A DNA stretch of 63,947 nucleotides, the filler included, from Octopus bimaculoides (taxonomy: Eukaryota): the NCBI RefSeq assembly GCF_001194135.2. It is 9 parts of 7 records of this genome, joined end to end, with 100 filler letters (N's around TTAATTAATTAA, not from the genome) between each part and the next. Parts side by side here need not be neighbours in the genome. Positions count along the whole stretch, not along the records: positions 37,146 to 52,533 come from NC_069009.1; positions 52,634 to 59,646 come from NC_069007.1; positions 59,747 to 61,289 come from NC_069007.1; positions 61,390 to 62,491 come from NW_026356133.1; positions 62,592 to 63,947 come from NW_026374970.1; 4 more parts are not named here. One strand, written 5' to 3'. Positions 50,308-63,947 of this stretch are shown piece by piece (position 1 is the first letter of the stretch; every line of letters starts with the position of its first letter). Below the pieces are notes generated by a model, which ran no database searches, was not told the DNA's origin, and worked only from the letters and a program-made list of their open reading frames with translations. The translations under genes were made by a program, and so were the position numbers.

Positions 50308-51832
50308 CTATGTATATCTGTCTTCTGTGTATGTGTGTGAGTGTATTTCCTATCTTTATGTGTGTGAGTGTGTCTTCTCTGTTGTACTTTCCTCTGCGGT
50401 TGTGTGTGTGTTTAAATTTCTCTCTCTTTCTATGTGTACGTGTGTGTGAATTTGTATGCGCATGTGTTTTCTCCCTATGTTGGTGTGTGTGTGTGTGTGT
50501 GTGTGTGTGGATGCGCGGATTTTCTGTGTGCATGTGAGTGTGTAAATGTGTGTATGTGTCTCCTCTCTCTCTTTCTCTTTCTTGTGTGTAATTATTCATG
50601 TCTCTATACAAGATGTGTATGTATGAATTGTTTCAATATCTGTGTGCGTTTCTCTCTTTCTCTCTCTCTCTCTCTCTTTGGGAAATTCCCAGTTAATTGA
50701 CCAAGTGCTAACGAATTCGGCTGTTGTTTTGGTGGTAGTTTTGTAACGGCCAAAATGTGATGGTGGTTGTTATTGATGGGATTTTGGTTGCTGTTGAAAT
50801 AGTTGTGGTGGAAATAGAATAGGAGTGGTGGTGATATGACCTGTGTGCTTGTCTCTCCTTTTGTTCTACGATATANNNNNNNNNNNNNNNNNNNNNNNNN
50901 NNNNNNNNNNNNNNNNNNNNNNNNNNNNNNNNNNNNNNNNNNNNNNNNNNNNNNNNNNNNNNNNNNNNNNNNNNNNNNNNNNNNNNNNNNNNNNNNNNNN
51001 NNNNNNNNNNNNNNNNNNNNNNNNNNNNNNNNNNNNNNNNNNNNNNNNNNNNNNNNNNNNNNNNNNNNNNNNNNNNNNNNNNNNNNNNNNNNNNNNNNNN
51101 NNNNNNNNNNNNNNNNNNNNNNNNNNNNNNNNNNNNNNNNNNNNNNNNNNNNNNNNNNNNNNNNNNNNNNNNNNNNNNNNNNNNNNNNNNNNNNNNNNNN
51201 NNNNNNNNNNNNNNNNNNNNNNNNNNNNNNNNNNNNNNNNNNNNNNNNNNNNNNNNNNNNNNNNNNNNNNNNNNNNNNNNNNNNNNNNNNNNNNNNNNNN
51301 NNNNNNNNNNNNNNNNNNNNNNNNNNNNNNNNNNNNNNNNNNNNNNNNNNNNNNNNNNNNNNNNNNNNNNNNNNNNNNNNNNNNNNNNNNNNNNNNNNNN
51401 NNNNNNNNNNNNNNNNNNNNNNNNNNNNNNNNNNNNNNNNNNNNNNNNNNNNNNNNNNNNNNNNNNNNNNNNNNNNNNNNNNNNNNNNNNNNNNNNNNNN
51501 NNNNNNNNNNNNNNNNNNNNNNNNNNNNNNNNNNNNNNNNNNNNNNNNNNNNNNNNNNNNNNNNNNNNNNNNNNNNNNNNNNNNNNNNNNNNNNNNNNNN
51601 NNNNNNNNNNNNNNNNNNNNNNNNNNNNNNNNNNNNNNNNNNNNNNNNNNNNNNNNNNNNNNNNNNNNNNNNNNNNNNNNNNNNNNNNNNNNNNNNNNNN
51701 NNNNNNNNNNNNNNNNNNNNNNNNNNNNNNNNNNNNNNNNNNNNNNNNNNNNNNNNNNNNNNNNNNNNNNNNNNNNNNNNNNNNNNNNNNNNNNNNNNNN
51801 NNNNNNNNNNNNNNNNNNNNNNNNNNNNNNNN

Positions 51833-51867
<35 letters not shown>

Positions 51868-53265
51868 GTGTGCGTATATATAATAGTGATGTAGCTGGCG
51901 TTGTGAGATTTTTTTCGTAATGGTGGTGGCAGTAGGCTCATGTTTTGTAGTGGTTTATTTGTAGTACTGATGTTGGCTGCGGCGGTGGTGGTGGTAGTTT
52001 TGTTGGAAGTCACTGAACTGACATGTCAAACGCCCACCAACACGTTTCTACTCCTGCTATCATAGTTGTGCCTGTGACAATGACAATTATCGTTTGTAAC
52101 AATGGGCAACTGACTGTTAATCCCAAATCTGTGGACATTTATGGGAAATCCCTAAGACGTGGGTGTTTAGGCTATCATTAGACTTATTGATGTTGTTTCT
52201 ATACACATACACATACCAATATGTATACATACATTACGCCATGTCTCCCTCCCCACCATGATTTTCAAGCAACATGTGTCTCTCCCTCTCTTTCTCCCTC
52301 CCTCTCTCTCTTCCCCTTTTTCGGATATATGATTCACTGACGATATAGTGGCTGTGTGGTAAGTAGCTTGCTTACCAACCACATGGTTCCGGGTTCAGTC
52401 CCACTGCGTGGCATCTTGGGCAAGTGTCTTCTACTATAGCCTCGGGCCGACCAAAGCCTTGTGAGTGGATTTGGTAGACGGAAACTGAAAGAAGCCCGTC
52501 CTATATATGTATGTGTTTGTCTGCCTGTGTTTGNNNNNNNNNNNNNNNNNNNNNNNNNNNNNNNNNNNNNNNNNNNNTTAATTAATTAANNNNNNNNNNN
52601 NNNNNNNNNNNNNNNNNNNNNNNNNNNNNNNNNCACAATGCACTTCCATTTACAGCCAAGTAGACTGTAGTAACATGAAATGGAGGGTTTTGCTCAAGAA
52701 CACAATGCGTCGGTCAGTCTAGGAATCGAACTCAAGACCTAGTGATTGTGAGTACAACACTAACCGCTACGCCACACACACACAACTGAATAAATTATAC
52801 ATTTCATACTGCAGCCTTCAAAAGTTTTGAGCAGGCATGGCTGTGTGGTAAGAAGCTTGCTTCTCAACCACATGGTTCTGAGTTCAGTCCTATTGCGTGG
52901 CATCTTGGGCAAGTGACTTCTATAGCCTTGAGCCAAGCAAAACCTTGCGAGTGGATTTGGTAGACGGAAACTGAAAGAAGCCCATCGTCTGTGTTTGTTT
53001 CCCACTGCCACTTGACAACGAATGTTGGTGTGTTAACTTAGCGATTCGGTAAAAGAAACCGATAGAATAAGTACTAGCCATTAAAAGAATAAGTCCTGAG
53101 ATCAATTTCTTAGACTAAAATTCTTCAAGATGGTGCCCCAGGACTGATGCAAGATAAAAAAAATAAAATTCATGGAACTCCAACACTACCTCTCTGAGCC
53201 AAAAGCAGGGGTCATGGACTCCAAGTAAGGAACCAGTACACCATCCTTTTCAAAGAAAAGGGCTA

Positions 53266-53538
53266 CAGGGGTTTTCAAACTGTGGTCCACAGACCACAGT
53301 GGGTCCGTGGACAGCAAATACTTTTTATGGGCAATTTGATTTTATACATGTTTTTTAATCGAAATCTTTTAATTGACAATAAACCTATTTGTTAAATACT
53401 GTTAAATAAATAAATGTAAAAATATATGTTATTTTAAGCAAATATTTATGTATAAATTTCATAAGCGTTTATAAGGGGGTCCCTAAGGTAAAGCCTGAAA
53501 TATAAAGGGGTCCGCAAGTCAAAAAGTTTGAAAACCTG
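53266..53538. mobile_element. Short hAT-type MITE
   Basis: Ends caggggttttcaaact ... agtttgaaaacctg. No clear target-site duplication remains. Confidence 0.65.
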
Positions 53539-55531
53539 AGATAGTCTTCCTATGGATGCCTCAGCTGTCACATGCAACGGAACATGGTTTGGTATCAACA
53601 TTGTGCTGTGCATGAGAAGACCCAACAAGCCATGTGAAAATAGATGCATGGCCAATGCTAGTGCCACATAACTGGCACCCATGCTGGTGGCACGTAAAGA
53701 GCACCCTTCAAACGTTGGGTGATATGCTCTACTTGAGAAGACCTGTCAACCCATGTGAAATCATAGGTATGGCTGATGCCAGGGTTACACAAAAATCACC
53801 CTTCAAACGTTGGGTGATATGCTGTGCTAGAGAAGACCTGTCAAGCCACATGAAATCATGTCAGTGTCACGTAACTGGCATGAGAAAAGCACCCTTTGAT
53901 CTTTGGGCCTCAAGGATGCAGTGACAAGTGAGTGAGACCTTTGGCATTATACCATGCTTGAGAAGACCTGTCAAGCCAAGTGAGACCACAGTTGTGGTCA
54001 GTGCTTTGTGACTGGCATCCATGTTGGTGGCATGTAAAAAGCACGGGCTACACTTTTGGAGTGGTTGGCATTAGGAAGGGCATCCAGCTGTAGAAATCAT
54101 GTCAAATCGGATTGGAACCTGGTGCAGCTTACCGGTTTTCAGGATGTAAAAGCTTGAGGGAGAAGGAACTACACTAATACTGCACTGCTAGTTTACCAAC
54201 CCTAAAAGGTAAAGTCCATCACAGAAGGATTTGAATTCAAAGTGTAAAAATCAAGTACTAATATTTTTTTTTGTTGGCACTCCGTCGCTTACGACGTCGA
54301 GGGTTCCAGTTGATCCGATCAACGGAACAGCCTGCTCGTGAAATTAACGTGCAAGTGGCTGAGCACTCCACAGACACGTGTGCCTTTAACGTAGTTCTGG
54401 GGGATATTCAGCGTGACACAGTGTGACGAAGCTGACCCTTTGAAATACAGGCACAACAGAAACAGGAAGTAAGAGTGAGAGAAAGTTGTGGTGAATGAGT
54501 GCAGCAGGGTTCGTAGATACTCCCTCCTTGGCTCCTATTATTAGCCCTAGTATACTTCTTTTGACTATCAACAAGACTATCTACATGATTCAGTGCCTAG
54601 AACACCACTGGTATTTATCTCGTAAAGTAGCCTCTATGACTGGGTTGCTAGATATAACAGCCAAATCCCTCTAGTATGACACATCCATCCATCTTAAAAG
54701 TGGGGCAAAGATCTCATTGAATAATAATAGTCCTAGATACACTTGTCTAACAGGAAAAGAGAGAAAAGAAACCTGCCAATGTTTTGGACTTTGGAATGCA
54801 GAATATTTTGATGAATCTAGCTTGGTGCTTTGACTACTCGACATCTTCGCTACCATCACGACGGTTCTAAAAGATCAAAATTCTACAAAGAATAATTATC
54901 ATTACACCATTCTGAGCTCAAATTCTGTCGAGGTCGACTCTGCCTTTCCATCGTTTCGGGGAATCGATAAAATAATTACCAGTTCAACACTGGGGGTCGA
55001 TGTAATCAATTTATCCCCATCTCCCCTGAAGTCGCTGGCCCTGTGCCATAAATTCGAAACCACTATTGTCATGATTTCTAAAGCGGCGAGCTGACAGGAT
55101 CGTTAGTTAGCACGTTGGACGAAATGCTTAGCAGTATTTCGCCCGTCGCTACGTCCCGAGTTCAAACTCCGCCGAAGTCGACTTTGCCTTTCATCCTTTC
55201 GAGGTGGATAAAATAGGTACCAGTTAAGCACTGGGGTCGATATGATCGACTAGCCCCTTCTCCCAAAGTTTCAGGCCTTGTACCTATAGCAAAAAGCATT
55301 ATTATTATTATTATTATTATTTCTACAATGTAAGGCACAAGTCTTGAAATTTTGTGGGCGGGTTAAGTTGATTACATAGACTCGGTTGGTAATTATCTTC
55401 TCGACTCCGAAAGGATGAAAGGCAAAGTCGACCTAAGCGGAATTTGAACTCAGAGCGTTAAGACCCGCGTTAAGACGGACGAAATGCCGTTAAGTATTTT
55501 GCTTGGCGTGCTAATAATTCTGACAGCTCGC

Positions 55532-55574
<43 letters not shown>

Positions 55575-56679
55575 TAACAATAAAGGTTTTTCACACTTCA
55601 ATCGTCGTTCAGCCACATGTCAAGTATCTGTGACAGTTGTGAAAATTTANNNNNNNNNNAAAATGAACAAAAAAATCTTTCAAATGCGGTGGCGGTGGAG
55701 GAGGTGATAGAAACGTTTTTTCTATTAATTTAAAAAAAAAGCTAACCCTAGACAGGTGCTCTCTGCGTTAATTAGGGTCGGTTTGGGAGAAGAAATTAAT
55801 TAACGGAACGTGACACGGGCGATTCCAAAGATCGAATCTTCGGCAACGTGACAGTGAGATTGGTGATTACATAAGTCTGGGGTGATGAATCAAAGAACGA
55901 CCAATTCCATTTTATATTTTCCTTCAAATATTTCTTTCGTACTTTCACATACATGTCGTTGTTACTGCTGTTGTTAACCCGCTAAACGAAGACATTCCAA
56001 ACGTGACAACCGAGCCTTATTATAATATATACATATATATATAAAATCACAGAAGTGGCGTGCAATGTCGAACGGTTTCACCAACAATATTCCGCCACCT
56101 TCCTGCAGTCTTATTTCCACTGTCATATATACATATAGCGGTGGTGGCCATGGTTGGGTAGCCTCCCACAAAGACACACATCTGAGATTAGCAGCCCCGA
56201 TCGAGCTGACCTTTAGGATCAAATAAAATGCATTCTAGTTTTACACAAACCCATCCAATCGCTACTATTTCTAGCACTTCCTAGTGTGTTATTTTTTAAT
56301 AAATTATTCCTTCATCTGACGAGCACGAATGACAGGCGCATCATACACACACATTCCGCGTTAATTATAGTAATTTATACAATATTATCTACCAAGGCTA
56401 ATTAAGAGAATAAAAATTGCTGTTCCTCACAGAAATACGGTGACTGAACGAGAAGACATCAAAGACGGAACCACATAGGAGGTGGTCGCTCAATCTAAAT
56501 TCAAATTACCCCCTCATTTCGCACTTTATCATCTAAAAAGGACAGATACACACTGTGTGGATAATAGTCCGCGATGACACAACTCCAAAATAAAACGAGA
56601 TGGCCATAGATGGAACGCTATGATTATAGGTTTATCTGATCAGAGCTAGCCTGGTATTAAACAACGGTGGAAGATTAAT

Positions 56680-57355
56680 ACAGGGCATGACTACAGTTTG
56701 ATGCTCCCATAAATTAGTTTCCACATAATTTTCTAAAAGATGTGTATTTTTTAAAGAAATTTTGCAGCGATACGTTTTCAAGGGTGGAGATTACAATTCT
56801 ATTGATAATATTAAAAACAAAAAATGTTTTCAAGGAATTCCGGATCATTCTCCTCTCTCCTCGACTTTGTCTCTTCACAACTTTTTAAAATTCACATTTT
56901 TAAAGGAAATTTTGTAAAAAAAAATGTTTTTGAGAGTGAAGATTACTTAATGTTGATATTTCAAGTATATAAATCTAGAAAAAACAACATTAAGTTATAA
57001 AATCATGGAAATTGATGATTGAGAGGAAAAGCGATCTGAAACTCCTAAAAATATACAATTTTTTAGATTTTATCAGCATAATTATAATCTACATCCTCGA
57101 AAATGTATTTCTGTAAAATGTCATTTAAAAATACACCATTTGAAGAGAATTATAAGGAAACAAAGACAAGAGTGGGAACAGAATGATCCAAAAACTCATT
57201 CATAAATACTTCTTTTGATAAATGTTAATATTATCCACATAATCGTAAGCTACACCCTAGAAAACATACATGTACAAAATTTCATTTTAAAATATACATC
57301 CTTGAGAGAGTTATGGGAGAAATAAATGGTGTAGCATCAAAGTGTAGGTATGCTT
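56680..57355. mobile_element. Diverged palindromic MITE
   Basis: ctacagtttgatgct (56691) pairs with agcatcaaagtgtag (ending 57347), and complementarity continues inward for well over 100 bp. Confidence 0.7.
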
Positions 57356-57759
57356 GCTTAACTAACATCCTTGTCCATAAACACAATTAGTTCTGAAGAG
57401 ATTTCGTCCGAGGATTCCCAGCCGTTGCTTCATTTAAATAATTCCTTGGAAACACGACACCCGTAGAAGATAATTAAATCGCACCTTGGCACGACATTTT
57501 GGTGTTACATTATATCAACATTGGCTCAGGAAGGGTGAACAATAAAGTTTGATGTGGTATTGAAACCGTGTCGAACAAAAAGCGAGAAGTGACAGTGCAA
57601 CGGTAGTGAGATGGCGGAACCAGTGAAATATTTAATACACTTTCTTTTTATAATGAAACCATTTATAGCATTTGATAATGAAAAGAGAAGAAAAAAAAGC
57701 AGAAAGGTTAAATATCAGTCAGTGATACGTGAATGGTGTGAATGTGTGTGCGTGTTAAA

Positions 57760-57802
<43 letters not shown>

Positions 57803-58789
57803 CATCAAAGAGTAACAAAATTTGATACAGCCACACACACACACATATATATATAATCTTAAAGTATCTGTGGGCGTGTGTGATTATATATATATATATA
57901 CTTTCTATATATATGAAGTAGCGGTATAGAAGCTAAGTCGGTGGGTGGGTGTATGTATGTGCATATACATTTATTTATTACACACACCAGTATGTATAGA
58001 GCAGTTATGTATATATAGGCAAAAAAGAACAACGAATGAATATATATATATATATATATATAATGCAAGAGAGTTAGGGGTTGAGGATTCAACCCACTAA
58101 GGGATAATATCTATCCAATATACTGCTGGGAGGGTACCCAATTATTGTTAAACTAGTGTTATACCAAGTGTAATAAGTGGGTGCGGGTAAAAGGCGGGTT
58201 ATACACACACACACACANNNNNNNNNNNNNNNNNNNNNNNNNNNNNNNNNNNNNNNNNNNNNNNNNNNNNNNNNNNNNNNNNNNNNNNNNNNNNNNNNNN
58301 NNNNNNNNNNNNNNNNNNNNNNNNNNNNNNNNNNNNNNNNNNNNNNNNNNNNNNNNNNNNNNNNNNNNNNNNNNNNNNNNNNNNNNNNNNNNNNNNNNNN
58401 NNNNNNNNNNNNNNNNNNNNNNNNNNNNNNNNNNNNNNNNNNNNNNNNNNNNNNNNNNNNNNNNNNNNNNNNNNNNNNNNNNNNNNNNNNNNNNNNNNNN
58501 NNNNNNNNNNNNNNNNNNNNNNNNNNNNNNNNNNNNNNNNNNNNNNNNNNNNNNNNNNNNNNNNNNNNNNNNNNNNNNNNNNNNNNNNNNNNNNNNNNNN
58601 NNNNNNNNNNNNNNNNNNNNNNNNNNNNNNNNNNNNNNNNNNNNNNNNNNNNNNNNNNNNNNNNNNNNNNNNNNNNNNNNNNNNNNNNNNNNNNNNNNNN
58701 NNNNNNNNNNNNNNNNNNNNNNNNNNNNNNNNNNNNNNNNNNNNNNNNNNNNATATATATATATATATATATATAATATATGTGTGCAT

Positions 58790-59120
58790 GTCTATCTGTC
58801 TATCTATATATCTATCTATCCGTCTATCTATATCTGTCTGTCTATCTATCTATCTAACTGTCTATCTATCTGTCTGTCTATCTATTTATCATCTAACTGT
58901 CTATCTATCTATCTCTATCTATCTGTCTATCTATTATCTGTTTGTCTGTCTATTTATCATCTAACTGTCTATCTATCTATTTATCATCTAACTGTCTATC
59001 TATCTGTCTGTCTATCTATCTATTTATCATCTAACTGTCTATCTATCTATCTGTCTATCTATTATCTGTTTGTCTGTCTATTTATCATTTAACTGTCTAT
59101 CTATCTATCTATCTATCTCT
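58790..59120. repeat. Degenerate (TCTA)n/(TCTG)n microsatellite
   Basis: Seen directly. Confidence 0.95.
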
Positions 59121-60940
59121 GATCTTTTACTTGTTTCAGTCATTGCACTGCGGCAATGCTAGGGGCACCGCCTTTAAGGGTTTTAAACGAACACAAATGG
59201 GCACAAGGGCGATCTTGTCTTATACTTGTTCTATCATTCAATTTTGCCGAACCGCTAATTTACTGATATGTAAACAAATCAACACTAATTGTCAAGTGAC
59301 AGTGTGTAGGAGACGGAAACAAACAGAAAAACTCACGGTTATATATATATATATATATATATATATCAGTTAATGCACGCAGGTCATTTTCTCATTCGGG
59401 ATTATATAATCCGAGGCATTCTACTGGTTTAATCTCTATTATATAATGCGAAAGTCGTTGGTTTGATAGGAATTATTGAAATGATAAATATTGGGGGGAA
59501 AAACAAGAAATGGATGTATGAAAAATTTTAGAAAATTCTTTTAAAAATATATATTTTTTATTTTATATTATATTTTAATTTTATTCTATTTATTTTTATT
59601 TCATTTTTTTATTTTATTTTAAATAAATAAAATATAAAACGAGCACNNNNNNNNNNNNNNNNNNNNNNNNNNNNNNNNNNNNNNNNNNNNTTAATTAATT
59701 AANNNNNNNNNNNNNNNNNNNNNNNNNNNNNNNNNNNNNNNNNNNNTATATATATATATAAACGCGTGTGTATGTGTGTGCATGTGTGTGTGTGTGTTCT
59801 AGAAAGGTTTAAAACAAATGGATTCCTTTAATCCCACGCCCCTCACCTCCAGCATCAGAAAATAAGGCAAGAAAAAAAATTGGAAAATTTTTCCTTTGAT
59901 CCTTCTAATTAATGTGTTTGTATGTTATGTATAATGCGGCAGGGCGCGGTGCGGTGTTGTACGTATGTGAGGTGCGGAGCGGTGCTGTATGTGCGTGTGC
60001 ATGGATATGTGGTGGGGGTTTCGTATCAAATTCCCTGTAGGGAAACATGTAAGTCTTCGAGATCTTTACAGGAAACTAGAATTTCTTCTTCAAAGTTTCT
60101 CGATCTGATTCCTTCGTGTGTTTACTGCTGCTGTAGCGGTTGTTGCTGGCGGTGGCGGTGTTTCGATATTGGTGGCGGCGTTTTATGAGTGATGGTTGTG
60201 TTGTGTTGTTGTTGTTGTTGCTGTTCGTGGTGGTATTGGTGGTGCTGGCGGCGGTAGCTGAGGTGAAGTTAATGACGACTATGGGAACGCTGGTGATTGC
60301 GTTGGCAATCGTGGTGGCGGTGGTGTTGCTAGTAGTGCATGGTATTGTTAATGATGCTGGGTGGTAGCAACCTTGTTTTAGATGTTGTGTCTACGGCGGT
60401 AGTTGTAACTGAAGTGGTGGTAATGGTGGTGGTGGTGGTGGTGGTGGTAGTTGTAGTTTATGGTAGCGATAATGATACTGGGTGACAGCAATGTTGATTT
60501 AGGTGTTGATTTAGGTGTTGTGGCTACGGTGGTAGTTGTAACTGAAAGCGATGTGTTGATGTTGTGGTGAAATGGTGTTGAAGCATCGATGGTTTGGTGG
60601 GAGCAGCGGTGTCGCTGGTGGTCGTTGTCATGGCGGTCTGAGTGACGGTGGTGCTGGTAGTGGTCGTGATGGTAGTGGTGATTATGGTGATGGAGATGGT
60701 GGTGGGGGTGGTGTTGTATGCAGGTGACACTTATGGGAGTCGTGACAGCGACGGTGACGGTGGCCGCAGTAGTAGTAGTAGTAGTAGTAGTAATAGCAGT
60801 GATGGTGGTGGTGGTGGTGGTGGTGGTAGTAGTACTAGTCGTAGCAGAGCTCACAGTTGTGGTAACAGTAGCAGGTGGTGATGTTCCCGTATATTAATTT
60901 ATTTCTTTATACTATCTCCATACATGTTTCTTTCAAAGTC

Positions 60941-60984
<44 letters not shown>

Positions 60985-61210
60985 ACACACTCACACACAT
61001 ACAGACCCGTACAAACGTATGCACACACAAAAGGGTACAAACGTACAAGTACATACACACAGACACACAAAACGCATACTAAATTACTTGAATAGATGTA
61101 CACTAACGCCGAGTCACATACACACATCTTGACCTATATACACACATCTTGACCTATATACACACGCATAATGCTGTATGTGTACACGCCCATCTACTCC
61201 AAACATGGAT

Positions 61211-61242
<32 letters not shown>

Positions 61243-62444
61243 GTACACAAAAACATATACGTATACATACACATATATGTATGCATATGNNNNNNNNNNN
61301 NNNNNNNNNNNNNNNNNNNNNNNNNNNNNNNNNTTAATTAATTAANNNNNNNNNNNNNNNNNNNNNNNNNNNNNNNNNNNNNNNNNNNNGTAAAAAAAAA
61401 AAAAAGAATAAAAGAATATGTGGGAGAATTCACACACAAAAAAAACAAAGGACGAAGACAGGTGGTGTAGACAACAGATGTATTAGTATAATGCTCAGGA
61501 AGTGAAAAAGTCTTTAACGTTTCGAGTCTACGCTCTTCCACAGAAAGAAACAGGGAGAGAAAATAAAGAATGTGTAGTGGCTAGCGATCTATCATGGCGA
61601 ATATATATATATATATATATATATATCCTCATCATCATCATCAGCACTCAACGCCTGTTTTCCATGCTGGCATGGTTTGGATGGTTTGTCATTATCTGGA
61701 GAGCTGCAGGGCTGCATCGAGTTCCAGGCATGATTTCTGCAGCTGGATGTCCTTCCTAACGCTAATCAGAGTGTACTCTGGCGTTTTTTTTTTGCTTTTT
61801 TTTTTCATGCCATCGACGGTATTGAGGTTGCCAACTAACTTACATGACAAGAAAAAAAAATTAAAATAACAGGAAAAAGGAAAAAAAACATAACTAAGTG
61901 AGAGGGTGAGTATTTTGAGAGGAAGAGGTGGCTTTAAGCCAGTTGTTGGAAGGTTAAAATATGACAGAGGGACAAGCATGGGTGTTTTGCTATGGAGGAG
62001 ATACACGACTATTTCACATTATATAAAGTTGGATGAGTAGCTGGAAAGAAGATAAAGATAGTAGTAATGGGGTACCAGAACAAATTCTCACAGTACATGA
62101 TAAATTTGCGTGTGTGTGTGTGTGTGTACAATTTAGATCTTAGTCATCCACTCTCTGTTACCAATCTTTTTAATGACTATTAATAATAGCTGCTAATGAC
62201 TGTTTGCAATAACTTGTTAATGATTATCTATAACAGCTTGACAATGAATGATGGGACAAAATAGTAAATCATTTGGTGACACACCTTACTCTTTTAAGCT
62301 ATGGATATGAAAAACAAAGAATTGCACAAACGTTCTTTCAGAAGCACAGAGCTGACACAAGTTTATCCAAGCAGGACTGATAAACACACCCAAACTTTTC
62401 TATCAGAGGTAAAACTTTAGAGCAACCACTCTTGACAGCGGCAC

Positions 62445-62490
<46 letters not shown>

Positions 62491-62924
62491 TNNNNNNNNN
62501 NNNNNNNNNNNNNNNNNNNNNNNNNNNNNNNNNNNTTAATTAATTAANNNNNNNNNNNNNNNNNNNNNNNNNNNNNNNNNNNNNNNNNNNNCGGGAGAGT
62601 GAGGTGGCACCGATACAGTCGTCGATATACCGACCGTATATCTGTGTGTCTGTACACAATTTAGGTTTCAGCAAGTATTGCTTCACAATACACCTAAAAT
62701 TCGAAATAGCAGCCAAAATAGGACTCCAGTATTATATGGATTGCACAGCTCTTACTAACCTAGTTTCCTCATTGACTACCAGATAAGGGATATACATATA
62801 TATACATATATATATATTACACATATATTATATATGTATAATATACATATATATATATATATTACATATATGTATTATATATAATATATGCATTTTACAC
62901 ATATATGCTACTGATAAAATTGTT

Positions 62925-63947
62925 CCCAGTTGTGTGTGACAGCACAGAGGACCTCCTCTGCAGATTCAGTGAGTGCAATCATGCCCACGACTTGACTGAC
63001 TGCATAATAGGCCGTATGGACGTAGTGTCCGTATACCCATCCATTGATATTGATTTTGCTGTGGAGAATTTTGTGGAGTTGATCAGCGAGAGTGATGTGG
63101 GGTTCCGTTGTTTTGACACTGAAGAACTAGGCCTCCTCTGGAGACTGACATGCGACAACGATTACTGAGATAAACATAACCGTAGTTGTTTCTGCCTCAC
63201 AGATCGTTAAGAGGCAGAACCCCCATCACTATGGCTTTTATGGCCAAGAAGACCCCCAAAGAAAGCTGGAAGGAGTGGACCCTCGAAATAATGATCAGTT
63301 TAAAAACATGGTCGCACATACTGTGCTTGCGAGTACCAAGACCACTCTCAAGGGCCATATGTTTAAGTTTAATAACAAGATATATACCCAAGAAAAAGGT
63401 GCAGCCATTGGCGTCAGTATTGCTGGCGATGTGGCTATTAATTGAGGCTCCATGTTCTGCTTGAGCATGTTGGTAGAGCATAAATATTGGACTTATGAGA
63501 GTGACGGATCTGGAACTTACCGTTCTTCGTTTCTAGTCAGGGTTCAGTGTCTAAAACGGGAAATCTATAGTTAAGGTGCTTACTAGGGTAGTCTATCGTT
63601 ATTTCTCTACTCTGCTACACGGAGTTAGCTATCTGCTGGATGCTGTCCATAGTGTTAGCTTCTAGAGCATCAACATTGTTTTGTAGGGGTGCTCTGGCTA
63701 CTGTGTTGATATCAACCACGTAGCGGGAGTATATGGTTAGGTTTATGAACATTGACGAAAACTCAAAGAAGGGAAAAGCTCGTCAGTGCTCTACCAACAT
63801 GCTCAGGCAGAACATGGAGCCTCAATTAATAGCATAGAGGTTAAAGTTCTATCGATGCATAGAACTGACACGACACTTAGATTACAGAAGCTACACGCAT
63901 AACAGTAGACAGACTGAGCCTCAATAGAAAACATGAATGGAACAGTA
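62925..63947 (+). mobile_element. Rearranged Penelope-like element (RT on both strands plus endonuclease C-terminus)
   Basis: On +: IIGRMDVVSVYPSID and FKFNNKIYTQEKGAAIGVSIAGDVA. On -: IYSRYVVDIN...ITIDYPSKH...FPVLD. On + again: LYQHAQAEHGASINSIEVKVL. Confidence 0.85.

Overview
AT-rich, microsatellite-laden animal genomic DNA with many assembly gaps. The repeat families (tRNA-headed SINEs, RTE tails with (CAT)n, Penelope elements) look cephalopod, probably Octopus; this is inference, not a database result. Almost all ORFs in the supplied track are artefacts of microsatellites, N-gaps or decayed transposons. The main feature is a spliced + strand gene that the ORF track misses. Ten phase-compatible exons between 1182 and 24815 join into one open frame: five 72-nt LRR exons, an LRR C-terminal cap, a 12-cysteine Ly6/uPAR (three-finger)-like domain and the start of a SEA-like domain. 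Its 5' end lies upstream of the window and its 3' end was not confidently found. The introns carry homologous duplicated blocks, four Penelope-like fragments (one with a degenerate hammerhead-ribozyme-like motif), LINE fragments and MITEs. From about 37.6 to 55.6 kb the sequence is dense in SINEs and RTE fragments and includes a solo LTR inside a SINE. A rearranged Penelope RT ends the window. I found no CRISPR array, rRNA gene or intact tRNA gene.
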